DNA of 63,411 bases, the filler included, from Reticulomyxa filosa (Eukaryota > Protista > Foraminifera), in the NCBI GenBank assembly GCA_000512085.1. It is 19 parts of 19 records of this genome, joined end to end, with 100 filler letters (N's around TTAATTAATTAA, not from the genome) between each part and the next. Parts side by side here need not be neighbours in the genome. Positions count along the whole stretch, not along the records: positions 13,029 to 18,621 come from ASPP01020008.1; positions 18,722 to 31,883 come from ASPP01009359.1; 17 more parts are not named here. One strand, written 5' to 3'. How positions within the stretch are numbered: position 1 is the first letter of the stretch; each line of letters starts with the position of its first letter. Below are positions 13,098-25,189 of the stretch, in pieces. A program made the translations under genes and the position numbers. A model generated the notes under the pieces. It did not search any database, had not been told where the DNA came from, and was given only the letters and a program-made list of their open reading frames with translations.

Positions 13098-15256
13098 ATG
13101 GAGCACGATCTGGCGAAACTGCAACCATCTCTAGAAACAGAAGGAGGAGTGTATTCAAGACGCGGTAGAGGTATGGTATCAGATGGCTATGACACTCTGC
13201 TCTCTCCAGAGCAACAGCAACAGCAACAGCAGTTCGCACATGCGCATTCCAAACAATCTCGACCATTGCCGACCATGCGTTCCTCTTTGCATCCTCGAAT
13301 GCCTTATCATCCAACTGCAGCGATGCGAGTGGCACCGGGATATGACAAGTCCAACAAAGCATATCAGCCATACAAGTGACTTTATATGTATTGTATGTGC
13401 ATTTGTGCAATTTTGTGTATTGTTTAAAAAAAAAAAAAAGAATTTGTGAATGAATATGTGGGAAAAAACAAAGTGACGAAGAAGAAAGCAACTTGGTCTT
13501 GCGCTATCAAGCCGCGATGACGCAGACGCAGTACGACTATTGGAAAGCGCAGAACCGCCAGTTGGGTGCGTTTGCGTTTGGCGCGGGACAGGCTCCGTTT
13601 CATGGGACAGTAGTGCCTGCACACCATTATTCGCCGTATGTGGATATAATGTCTCCGAGTGGGACTATCTCAACAACAACAACAACAACAACAACAGCAG
13701 CAATGCCATTTCATGGATTCAGTCAATCTCCGACAGACACAACAATGACGCCGATAATGCCGCAAAGCGGAGCGCGCTCAATGTCCCGCAACTTTGGGTC
13801 GCCCAAGCCTGAGGACATCGATCCCGAGTTTACGAATCGCCCCGAGTTTGTGCGCTTCCAACGCTGGGAGTTGCTGGAGTCGGCCAAGCGCTGGCTCCCA
13901 GGAGAAAGCACCATCATCATGTGGAAAGGCTTTTGCTATGTCATCGGCGCGCCCATTCATATGGGCATGAATGGACATATTCACTTTTGCTATCGCTACA
14001 AGCTGCCCGAGTCTGCCACTGACGACGAAGATACAGCTGCAACTGCAAATCAAAGTCAGGCTGAATTCGAAACAACAACAGCGACAACAACACGTGAAGA
14101 AAGTCACTCTTCGATCAATTTCGGTCGTCTCGCCGCTTCCAAATTCACTAAAAAAGACGTCGTCACGCTTGCAGCCAAGATTGTGCCCAACACGTCAGCC
14201 TTTGCCCGAGAAATCGTGATATTACGAGACTTACAAGTTATTTTGTGCAATTTTTGGAAACTATTTGTATTTATTTGAACATAAATATATAATACATATA
14301 CGTATGCGTATATGTATTATATATTTATGTATTTTGTGTATTTATGTGTGTGTACATATACATACATATACGTATATACACATATATATATATGTATAAC
14401 GTATACGTATACGTATATATATATATATATTACGTATACGTAGGATTGTGAGAATATAACCACATTATATGACGTGCTCGAGTCGAAACGTACGTTGATA
14501 TCAATCCTGGAACTTGCCAAGTCGGACGTGCACCACTTCTTTGTCGGACGCGAAGCGAGTAGACATGGATGGTCATTGGAGAAGCCAGCAGTGCGCGAGG
14601 CGTTTGCACGCATGGTAGTGACGAACGCCGTGCAGGGCCTGAAGCAGATGCACGACAAAGAGTACTTGCATTGCGACCTGAAGTCGCTGAATGTGCTGCT
14701 ATACATTTACAAGAGTCAGTACTCGAGACGTCAAGGAGGGGTGTACATGAAGGCCAAGTTGACTGACTTTGGACACTCGTCCAAAGGCAAAATACGCACA
14801 GCCGAGGCCACGTTTCGAAATGGAATGGCTCGTGTTGGAACTGCTGGCCACGTGGCGCCGGAGTTGTTCAAGGAGGGCACGCCGTGTGATTTCAAGATTG
14901 ACATTTGGTCTTTGGGGATTGTCATGTTCAGCATGTTGGTGCCTGCGAAACTACCCTTTGGGGAGTACACGAGCTTTGACGGCTTGAAGAAAGCCTACGA
15001 CGCTTTAAACAAAATGAACCCTTGGAGTAATCAACACAGACCCAAGTGGTGGACCGATTTTGAGCGCCTGTCTCCTGAGGCACGCGATTTGATCCTGTGG
15101 ATGACGCGCTTCAATCCCAATGAAAGGCCCACTGGAGAACAGATCCTCAAGCATCCCTGGTTCCAAATCTCCATGGGCAAGTTGAAACCTGGACAATATC
15201 GTCCCAAATTAAAATATGTCGATATGCTATGTTCCTCGTCCATTGCCCAAGAGTAA
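13098..15256 (+). CDS. Ser/Thr protein kinase (CAMK-like fold) with Q/T-rich N-terminus, 3 exons
   Basis: Introns at ~13376-13473 and ~14237-14443. Motifs: LAAK, REI, HCDLKSLNVL, LTDFG, GTAGHVAPE, DIWSLG, LSPEARDLI, RPTGEQILKHPWF. Confidence 0.9.
14280..14443. repeat. Intronic (TA)n/(TATACG)n purine-pyrimidine repeat
   Basis: Nearly the whole 3' half of kinase intron 2 is TATACG/TATATA/TGTA repeats, running up to the TAG acceptor. Confidence 0.85.
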
Positions 15257-15782
15257 GTAAAGCCTTTTTTTTATTGTGGCCTTGTCGCTTTTTTTTTTTT
15301 TTTTTTAATAATCGCATGTCTCATTATTTTGTCTTCTTTTTTTAAAAAAAAAAAATCGAGTTTTTTGTTGAACATAACAGCTTCTCTACTCTTATGTTTT
15401 TGTGTCGGCCAAAATTACTCTTTTATTATTTTTTGCTCGGTTGATTTGTTATGTTTGTTGTTTTTTTCGTTTGTTAACAAGAAAGCTTTTTTGTTATTCA
15501 CACCTTTGGTGTTTTGTAGTTTTTAGAATGTGAATTTTTTCTAATCTGCCTTTTTGTTTTTTATTACAAAAACACTTCGCATACTGTCTTTTCAACAATT
15601 TTTCATATACATTGGTAATAACAGTAAAACCTCATTTGAGAAAAATTTTTATTGTGTTTGCTCTTTCATGCACAAAACATATCAATAATGCAAAAAATAT
15701 CATCTCGTCAATTGATAACGTACAATAAAGTTCTGTTTTCTTAAAAAAAAAAAAAAAATCTCTCCTTTCATCTCTTGTAACA

Positions 15783-16499
15783 ATGTCCCAAGCGTCAGAC
15801 AAGGATAATATAAGCAATGAAGAAGAAAAGGTGGATTTGAAAAAAAAAACTGAAGACTTGCAAATGATCAGGACTTGGAAAACACGACAGTGGGCTCACA
15901 ATATTAAGTCCGACCGCTTGCGGGACTTACTTTTGGACAAGGACAAATCGAAAGATGTGGTAATTGTCGATTGTCGTGTCAAAAACAAAGATTTTGAAGG
16001 AGGCAATATAAAGAATGCAGTGCACGTGGACTTTAACGAATTTGACGTAAAAGTGGTGGATATAATCAAAGCTTATCACCACAAGCCATTTATTGTATTT
16101 CATTGTATGTACAGTCAAGTTCGTGGTCCATTATGCTGTCAAAAGTATTCTCTTTTGTGCCGAATATTATGCACCCACGCGCAAGACAAGGACAAGAGCA
16201 AAAGTATTACAGAGAAATTGAAAACGAGCGTGAATGAAGTCCATACTTGGAAGCAAAATGAAAACAACAACAAAATGATCGAAAACTTTGTCAAGGAAAT
16301 GACTCCTCTTATTACAAATGAAACATTGATCAACAATTTGTGGGAACAAAATGTCTATGTATTGGAAAGGGGATTTCAAAATTGGGTGACATTGCATCAT
16401 GCTGAAGAAAATTTGGTTGAAAATTTTGATCATAAGTATTGGGATAAAGTACATGATGAAGCACTTGGACCACTTTTCTGGCACAAAGATGATTGGTAA
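15783..16499 (+). CDS. Cdc25-like rhodanese-domain phosphatase / arsenate reductase (Acr2/Ych1/Ibp1 type)
   Basis: Intronless 238-aa ORF with VVIVDCR, DFEGGNIKNAVH, catalytic FHCMYSQVRGP (HCx5R) and VYVLERGFQNW. Confidence 0.85.
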   Translation: MSQASDKDNISNEEEKVDLKKKTEDLQMIRTWKTRQWAHNIKSDRLRDLLLDKDKSKDVVIVDCRVKNKDFEGGNIKNAVHVDFNEFDVKVVDIIKAYHHKPFIVFHCMYSQVRGPLCCQKYSLLCRILCTHAQDKDKSKSITEKLKTSVNEVHTWKQNENNNKMIENFVKEMTPLITNETLINNLWEQNVYVLERGFQNWVTLHHAEENLVENFDHKYWDKVHDEALGPLFWHKDDW

Positions 16500-17100
16500 T
16501 AAACTTTGTTGTTTGGCAGCTGTTTTTGCTTTCTTGTTTTTTTGAAAATGGTAAATACTGAATTTTTTTTGGATTTTCTACAATGTCTTCTTCAAAGTAA
16601 CGATCTCTATCATCAATCAAGGAAGAAATTATGCCAATGGAGAATACTTTATTTTTTTATTGGCAATTGTAATATTCACATTCAAATGTCAATTACAAAG
16701 ATTGTAATAAAAGATCAGCTCATTGTAAACAAATAATTTTATTTACTTTTTGATATCATCGAAAAAATCAAATGAAAGTTATTTAATAAAACAACATTGA
16801 ATGGCGAAAATAAATATTACCAAGTTTATAGATATAAAAGAGCAGCTACAGTATCTTTAAAATTTCATTAGAAAGCAATTCACTGCTCCACAAATGTTAT
16901 TGTACTAAAAATATAAACACATTTAATGTTTTATATTCATTCGTTTGTTTCTTCGTTGAAATTTTAATCAAAAAGGTATTCACTTTTCGTATTAATTGAA
17001 ATTAAAAACGATTAAAAAGGAAAGAAAACAAAAGCAAGAGTTTTGTTTTGTAACACCAGTCCTTGTGTTGAAACTACTTGAAAAAAATTGTCACTCAAAC

Positions 17101-18518
17101 ATGTGGTATTTGATCTCATTTGTATTGTTTCATTTGTTCACCATTCATGAAGCTGCCATTCTTGCAGATGAGGTGACAACTTTGCCAGGATGGGATGGCC
17201 CATTGCCTTCTCGTCAGTTTAGCGGGTTGTTGAACATTCCTGGATCTAATCCTCCACGATATATCACTATTGGCTTGTGTAAGTTTTATTTTTGAAACTG
17301 TGGGCGCAAAAAAAAAAAAAAAACAGTACTAAAATTGAAATTGTTCAAAAAACTTTAGAGAATCGGAAAATAATCCAACCACTGATCCTGTTGTCTGTTA
17401 ATTTCTTCGTGTGTATTTCTGTTGTTTGCTTCACTTGCAAAAAAAACTTTGGTTGACTGGACAAAAAAGTTTGGTTTAACGGAGGTCCGGGAGCAAGTTC
17501 TTTGTTGGGATATTTTACAGAGCAAGGACCATTTAATGTGAACGATCAATCAGTGCTTATAAACACCACAGAAGTTCCAGTGTTGTTTTACAACAACTAT
17601 ACCTGGTAATATAATTGTGTTTTCTTTTTTCTCAGCTGTTATTTAATAGCAACATTTAAAAGAAAGGGGGGGGAGGGACAGACCACAAGTTAAACAACTG
17701 AACGCACTAGTTTTTTTTAATGTGAAAAGGTGCAAAGTAGCAAATGTGATATTTTTGGAATCACCAGCTGGTGTTGGATTTTCTTATTGCAACGGACAAG
17801 AAGGTCCAATTGACAGTTGCCCAGATTGGAACGACACGAATGTTGCTCAAGATAATCATGTAGTGCTTCAACAGTTTTTTAAATACTATCCAGAATACAC
17901 GGAAAATGATTTCTATATTGCTGGAGGTAATTGTTTGTGCACTATTGTGTGTCTCTATTCTGTAAACTGTACACATGGAGAAAATTGAATAAATCCGAAA
18001 CGATCAAACAAAAAAGAGTCTTATGCTGGCATTTATGTTCCCACGTTGGTCATGCAAATTGAAGCTGACTCAAGTGGCATCCCACCATTGAAAGGAATTG
18101 CAGTTGGTGATGGGTGTATGGGCATTGGTGGACAAGTTTAGTTGTTGTTTTTTTTTTTTTAAATGTGTGTTTCACCCCTTATTTTTTTTCGTTCTTTCCT
18201 TCTCTCTCCAAAAAAAAAAAAAAAAAAGAGGTAGCGTTTTGGCTATTACTACGTTGAAAAATGAAGGGGGTAACTGAGAGTTAATAAAAGAAATGAGAAA
18301 TCAAAACAAAATACAAAATAAAAAAAGGGAGGATGCAACTTGGATGACGCAGCCAATTTCTGGCAATTTATGTGGGGACATGCACAATTGTCCAACGATT
18401 TGTATAACAGTATCTTATCGTCTTGTGGCTCGTGTTTAGAGTGGGGAAACTGTTCGTCGTTGTCAACGTGCATTAACTATCAAAACCAAGGCTACATGGC
18501 CCTGGGTGGATATAACAG
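17101..18518 (+). CDS. Serine carboxypeptidase (peptidase S10), 5' part, multi-exon
   Basis: Signal peptide, [57 protein letters not shown], catalytic [11 protein letters not shown] (spanning an intron) and LKGIAVGDG. One 1-nt frameshift near 17265; truncated by the contig end. Confidence 0.9.
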
Positions 18519-18807
18519 TGCAGTCAAAAAAAAAAAATAAATATATATATGTATATGTATATATTTTTTAATATTCCTTTTATTTGTTGTTTCACAAACA
18601 TTTGTGTACAATTCATTTGAANNNNNNNNNNNNNNNNNNNNNNNNNNNNNNNNNNNNNNNNNNNNTTAATTAATTAANNNNNNNNNNNNNNNNNNNNNNN
18701 NNNNNNNNNNNNNNNNNNNNNGTTCTATACCTCCTCCCAAAAAAAAAAAAAAAAATCAAATCAAATGATAAATACATAAATAAATAAATAAATATTGCTT
18801 TTGTCAT

Positions 18808-19265
18808 CTAAACGCTATTCAGTCTCGTTTTCTTTGCAGGAATTGCCAACATGTCAACGTCGATCGGGTGTTCGTGACGCTTGCGATTGCCCATTTGTCC
18901 ATCTTCTTTTTGTTCTTCTGATGATGCATTTAACACATTCCAATTGTTGACTAGGTCTATCAGTGCGTCCACTGACTCCACCAGTGACTAATGTCATTTC
19001 GTGTCACACATAATTTTTTTTTTATTTGTTTGTTTTGCTTGGCTTTTCATCTTTTTTTTTTTTTTTTTGTTGTGTTTCTTCTTTATTTGCATATGCACTC
19101 GGTTTTTGTTCACATCAATGGTGCAACAGTACAAAAAAAATTGTTTTCGCATCGTCGCGCAACAACAATCTTCAGTTTGGGTAAAATGCTCACTTTGTGC
19201 AAAGAGCTCAGATTTTATGTGGGACTTTCTTTCAGTGCCCTGTCTCGAAGAGGAAGTAGACTCAT
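18808..19265 (-). CDS. Possible small two-exon protein with C-terminal basic NLS-like motifs
   Basis: The last exon reads SLVESVDALIDLVNNW...NRKRHEH...PAKKTRLNSV*. The upstream exon needs a 1-nt correction in an A-run. Weak call. Confidence 0.3.
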
Positions 19266-19764
19266 TTAAAAAACAATCAAATTAAATAGTAACATCTTAC
19301 CTTATTTGGGAACAAAGACATCACCAACGTAATCTGACTTTGAAATTATTAATATTTAAAATTTCCGAAGAAATTTCTGTTGACTTAATTTAAAATTTCC
19401 GGGAGCAAACAACTCTTTTTACAAAACAAACTGGTAGCATCACTTGTTTCTTTAATGTTTTTAATTAATGTTAAAAAAAATATGTTTGTACTTGTCAATG
19501 ATTGCCTATTCTTCAAAACGTAACAATCGTTAGCGCGTTACTGAGGAAAACACACGTCAACTATATAGTTGATTGTTCAAAAAAGTCTGCAGCTCAGCTG
19601 AATATTGCAACTTAATCATTCACTTAAAAGCCACATGTACCAGTTTTTAAAGTAGTTCCCTTCAAACACCACCGAAAAAAGTTATTTCAAATTTGTTTTT
19701 TATTCAATACCGAATCTCAAACATTCATGATATATATAAATCAACACATCTTTAGGGTTTAGTC

Positions 19765-20405
19765 ATGACGCAAGAACCAGAAAAGAAGGCGGAAGAAAAA
19801 GAGATTGTCACTATTGCCGTGAAAAGGCGTGGAAGTGTGAGCAAGGAAAAAGTAAAACCAGCGACTTGGGAAGAAATCTTGGGGTGTCGTAATCCCAAGA
19901 CATACAAAAGTCTGCCAAGAGAAGACAACGTTGCACTTGAATATCAAGTGCTTATGTCACACTTGCATGAGACATATCATTCAGTAAAAGATTTCATTTT
20001 GATCAAAAAATTGGGTTCCCAAGCAAAACTGATGCAACTTCTCAGAAACTTTGTATCATATCGGATGAAACAATAGACAAGTCTATTCCTTTGGAACTCT
20101 TCATGCCAAATGATTTTCCGTACTATATCGACCCAGAAATTTTTCATTACGTACTCTGGAATCGTAAAACAGAGTGCGTTACCAACGATAAAGACGAATT
20201 GACTAAATCTGTTGAAAAGTATATCATTCGTGAAATCAAAACTAAAGAAATTTTGGATTGGAAATATAAAACAGACAAAGATAAAGAAAAAATATGTGCA
20301 GAAAATGATTTTGAGTTTTTTTGGTTCGAAAATCCTCAAAGTCATAAAAGTGTACCTGCCCTTTGGCACATTCAAGTCTTTTGGCGGCTTAAAAACATTG
20401 ACTGA
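19765..20405 (+). CDS. DUF3605 / GlcNAc-induced protein 1-like (HIT-like fold)
   Basis: Motifs TWEEI, NDFPYYIDPEIFHYVLW and FFWFENPQSHKSVPALWHIQVF. Two ORFs (19765-20076 and 20091-20405) join if one A is added at GCAAAACTG (~20025). Confidence 0.75.
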
Positions 20406-20876
20406 GCGAGATTTGATGTACACGTAAGTTTTGTTGATAGAGTTTTTATAAACAGCTTATTTCGTACATGCTTCGATTGCAGCGGGGTTGTAGAACCTTT
20501 TTTTGTTTAATATGAAGGAGAGGCATATGCATTGTCTGGTCATTGAAATTTTTTGTAATATACTTTCATTATTATCATTGCTTGCAAAAAAGAGTTGGAA
20601 CTTACGTATTGCTTTCACATGTCGCGATGAAATTAAATATATTTTTTCAATTAAAAACGTTTCAAAGTTGTTTCATGCAATTGGAAAGTAGTGAAAGCAA
20701 AAAAAATATTTGGAGTAGTTTAAGTCTTTGGGAAGGTATGATTTTACTTTAAGTGAAGAAGGCGTTTTACAAAAAAACTTTGAAACAAGAACAAAATCGG
20801 GGTGATTACAAACTCACTTTTGTGAAGATGGAAAAACACAATTTTTTATTGATTTTAACTTGTTTCATGTTCTGCC

Positions 20877-23800
20877 ATGAAGTCAAAAAAGGACCAGAAA
20901 ACTAAAAATACTCCAATTCTTAGAACAAATAGTGTTCCCAGCTGCGGTCTGTCGAAAAAGCTTTGTCCTGGAACAAACGCGGGAGGTTTCAAAATCCCTC
21001 GTTTTGTAAACTCCACATCCACTCTGCCACTCCAGTCATCCAAAGCATCGACCACGGGTATCCAGCGCAAGCCGCCCACAGCTCCAGAAAGAGAGGAAAA
21101 GCACACACATAGCACGAAGAATAGCAACACAACAATAATTAATAGTGACAGCACCAAAAAGCAGAAGAATAGTAAAATAAGAACTGTTCCAGAACCAAAA
21201 GGTTTAAAAAAATCAATGTCATCTGGGAGTGTTTCCTTTGGAGGATCGACGGCATCTTCCGGACATCATCGACAACGCATTCGGCAATAATGAAACCGAA
21301 AACCGTGGCGAAGTGTAGTCCAAGTACCATTCCAAACAAAAAAGTGTCTGAAAGCAATGTGAGCACTCGTCCGTCAGAACCGACATTGAGTGCAAAAAAA
21401 AGCAAAGAGAAAAGTATATGTGCGGCAAAGTTGAAATGTAGTGAAAGTCCGAAGACAACGACAAGCATGGAGTTGACGAAGGAGTCAGTACACATTGTCG
21501 ACTCCTCTTGCATCGCTACAAGTAATGTGACGAGTGAGTCGATTGGATCGAACACCAATCACGTTGTTGTAAAGTGTGCGAGTGACGCATCCATGGAAAC
21601 ACATGCAGTGGCCCCATTGCATGCAAAAAGAGATGCTCACACGAACTCGGCACAAGTGCCGACTGGTCAATGTGCCAAAGACCGAGTCGACCTTGGTGTC
21701 GATGATGAGGTTCAATTGCTTACTGATAATGTTGCAGTACATAACCGATATTCTTTTGAAATTTCACAGCAAAAGTGGTCATCAAGGTCTTTTTTTTGTT
21801 CGTTTGCTTGTTTGATTCCCTCGACTTCTTCTCTCACTTTTCGATACAAAAAAATAATTTAATAAATTGTTGTTTCATATGAATGTATGTACTGAATTGT
21901 ATCTGCTCCCCCCCTCCCCCTCCTTGAAAACTAAAAAAAGTCCAAAAGATGAACCTTTGGCAGAAACGTTACGAGAGAAACGGTGGATCGAAAGTGAAGA
22001 GGTCAATACCAAAAAATCGAAGCGGTTGCAATATTGGGGGCTGCCTAACTCTTTGGCGGAAGGCTATGCGAAAGAGGGCGTGATGGAATTGTATGATTGG
22101 CAGGTTGAGTGCTTGAGTCTGAGGAGTGTGCTAAATGGGGGCAATTTGGTGTACAGCGCCCCTACTGGAGGAGGCAAAACCTTGGTCGCGGAAATTGTGA
22201 TGCTGCGAAATGTTTTGAAATGGAACAAGAAAGCGTTGTTTGTCCTGCCTTTTGTTAGTATCGTTTGCGAAAAGAAAAGTACTTCAAACGCATTTATTCA
22301 AAACACAATATCAGAGTCAAAGCTTTTCATAGTGAAAAGTCCAATTTTCTTGGCAAAGACTGTAATGTAGCGGTTTGCACTATTGAAAAAGTTGATACAA
22401 TTATACTTGTTTGTTGTTCCAGGAACATTCCTTTCGAGCGTCTCTTACTCTTGCACGCACAGAGAGCAAGAGGGACTTATACACATACATATACGTATAT
22501 ATGTATGTATACAAGTGAAAAGGCTTTTATCAACAAAAAAAAAAAGGGTGTGGAATGTTTTGTAGGCAAATGGGATCATTAACAAATTGATAAGTGAAAA
22601 TCGGTTGTTGGAAACAGTAGGTGTGATTGTATTAGATGAAATGCACATGATTGGCAATTCAAGTCGAGGGTACATTTTGGAGCTGTTGTTAACCAAGATT
22701 CGATTTGTCCAAAACAAACACTATTTAAAAATGATTTCATCGAATATTAGTTCGAGTCTAATTCCAAGTCATATATGCCTCTTTTTTTTTTTTATGTTGT
22801 TGGTGAGGGAAGGACACACCACAGCTGTAAGTTGGTGATTTGTAGGTAGTGGAACAAGTCGAAGCGAATTAAATGTGTGTAGTCTAAAATGTTTCAATGA
22901 ACCAAAAAACGAACAAGACGAAAATCGTAACAAAGTGCAAGTTGAGTTTGTTTTTTTTTTTTTACGTATAGAAATGCATTGTTTCTTCTCCTTTTTCTTT
23001 TCTCATATTTTTTTTTTTTTTTAAAAAAAAAAAGGTGGTGGGATTGAGTGCCACATTGCCAAATTTGGATGTGATCTGCAAGTGGTTGGAAGCGACGAAA
23101 TTTGTGACGCAGTTTCGTCCGATTCCGTTGACCGAATATATAAAAATTGGAAATAAAGTTCAAGACAAGACCGGGCAAGTGGTGAGGACTCTGGACAAAG
23201 GCAACACTGAAATTGCGAAGCAAGACCCGGATCACGTATCGTTGTTGGTCGGCGAAGTAATGGAGCAAAAGAGATCGTGTTTAGTGTTTTGCAGCAGCAA
23301 AAACTTGTGTGAGAGCAGTGCTTTGAGTTTGGCTCATTTGTTGCCGAAGCTGTTGGCGTCTTTGGAGTCGGACGATCACTATCAGCAGTCGCTGCAACAA
23401 AAAAGAGCGTACTTGCAAGAGAAATTGAGTGAGACCCCATTTGGTCTCGACGCCACTCTGAAGCGAACCATTCCTCAAGGAGTGGCCTTCCATCATGCAG
23501 GACTGACCATTGAAGAGAGAACATTGATTGAAAATGCATTTCGTGCTGGGGTATTGTCTGTCTTGACAGCTACTTCAACTTTGGCCGCAGGTCCTTTTTT
23601 TTTTTAAAAAAAAAAACAATCTAATTTTTTTATACTTACATTAAAAAAAAAAAAAAGGTGTCAATTTACCCGCTTGTCGAGTGGTCTTTCGCAACGCATT
23701 CATTGGCATTCACAAACTTGATATCGCCAGCTACAGGCAAATGGCAGGGCGTGCAGGTAGGCCTGGCCAGGATGCCCTTGGCGAGTCCTATTTGCTTGTA

Positions 23801-25151
23801 CCACCTGCAGATAGAAACTTTGCTCTGCGCTTGTTGAATGATCCTCTGCCTTGCTTGCAATCGTGTCTGTCTGCAGTTGAGTTTGAAGCATGCGTAGTAT
23901 ATAGCATCCCTCTGGCTACATATTGTATGTTCACTCGATAGGACACGATCGGACTCACGAGGATCTTAATCGAGGCTATTGCAAGCAAGATCGTGCAAAC
24001 GACGCATGACATCGAAACTTTTATCGGTGCACCTTGCTTTGCGCTCAAACTATGCCCTTTTTTTTGACTTGGACACGTTCAAAGGAGGGGAGGATCTTCC
24101 AAAAAAAAAAAAAAAAAACAAACCATGGGTTGTTGATGATGGCTTGTTCAAACGTTGCATAGGACTACAGGACTGTACATGAAGCAGGGTTGCAAGCAAT
24201 CCGCTTTTTGGCGTGCAACAACTTTATTTCATGGGAAAACACAACCCAATTATGGCATGTCTGTTTTCATTTAATTTTTGTTGTTGTTGTTGATGCAATA
24301 ACAATATTGACATTGATATTAATATTGAAATAGGCAACGAGATTAGGTCTTGCTTCATTTCACAGCTCTTTGGACCCTTTGATCGCATTACAAGTGTACA
24401 GAGATTTGTCTCTGGCTAATCACAAAATCGTCATTGGAGATGATTTGCCAATGATATTTCAAGTTTTTGCACACTCTATGTTTTGTTCGAACATACGTAG
24501 GATTCAATAATTACAATGAAAAAAAAAAAAAAAGATAAGTGATTTGGTTGAACAGATTACTCCAATCCCAACTGGTGTTTGGCCGAATTGGTCCGTTTTC
24601 TTGCAGAAAATGAATACTGTCAATGACATGCGACGCAACGTGATTGAGATGTTGGGATTAAATGAGGGCTTTTGGATGAGCATTGAACGAAATAAACCCG
24701 ATTTGCAGACGATTACGAAAAAAATCTGGCAAAGACATACCAACAAAGCGAAGGAGTGGCACACTGCCAACAAAAGCAATCAAAGTACTTTGTCGGTGTC
24801 CAGCAAAGACAAAGCGCATCAATTGTTGAAGTGCGATGGTCTAATGAACGTGGAAAAAGACACACTCACATTCGAAGATCGTGTGCAAATTGCGGAAAGA
24901 TTGTACGCCTCACTCATTTTATATGACCTGGCAATTGAAAAACCCATCTCTGCAATTGCATACGATTTTAATGTTGAACGAGGTGTCGTGCAAAATCTGC
25001 AAAAAAACGTTCACCTTTGGCGGAATGGTGTCTGTGTTTTGCGAAAAACTGGGTTGGTATCCGTTGCATCTGCTTATTTCGGAGTGCGTTGACAGGTGTT
25101 CAAAAAAGATTGTTTCATAACTATATTTTTTTTTAAAGGTGGTTATTATAA

Positions 25152-25189
<38 letters not shown>

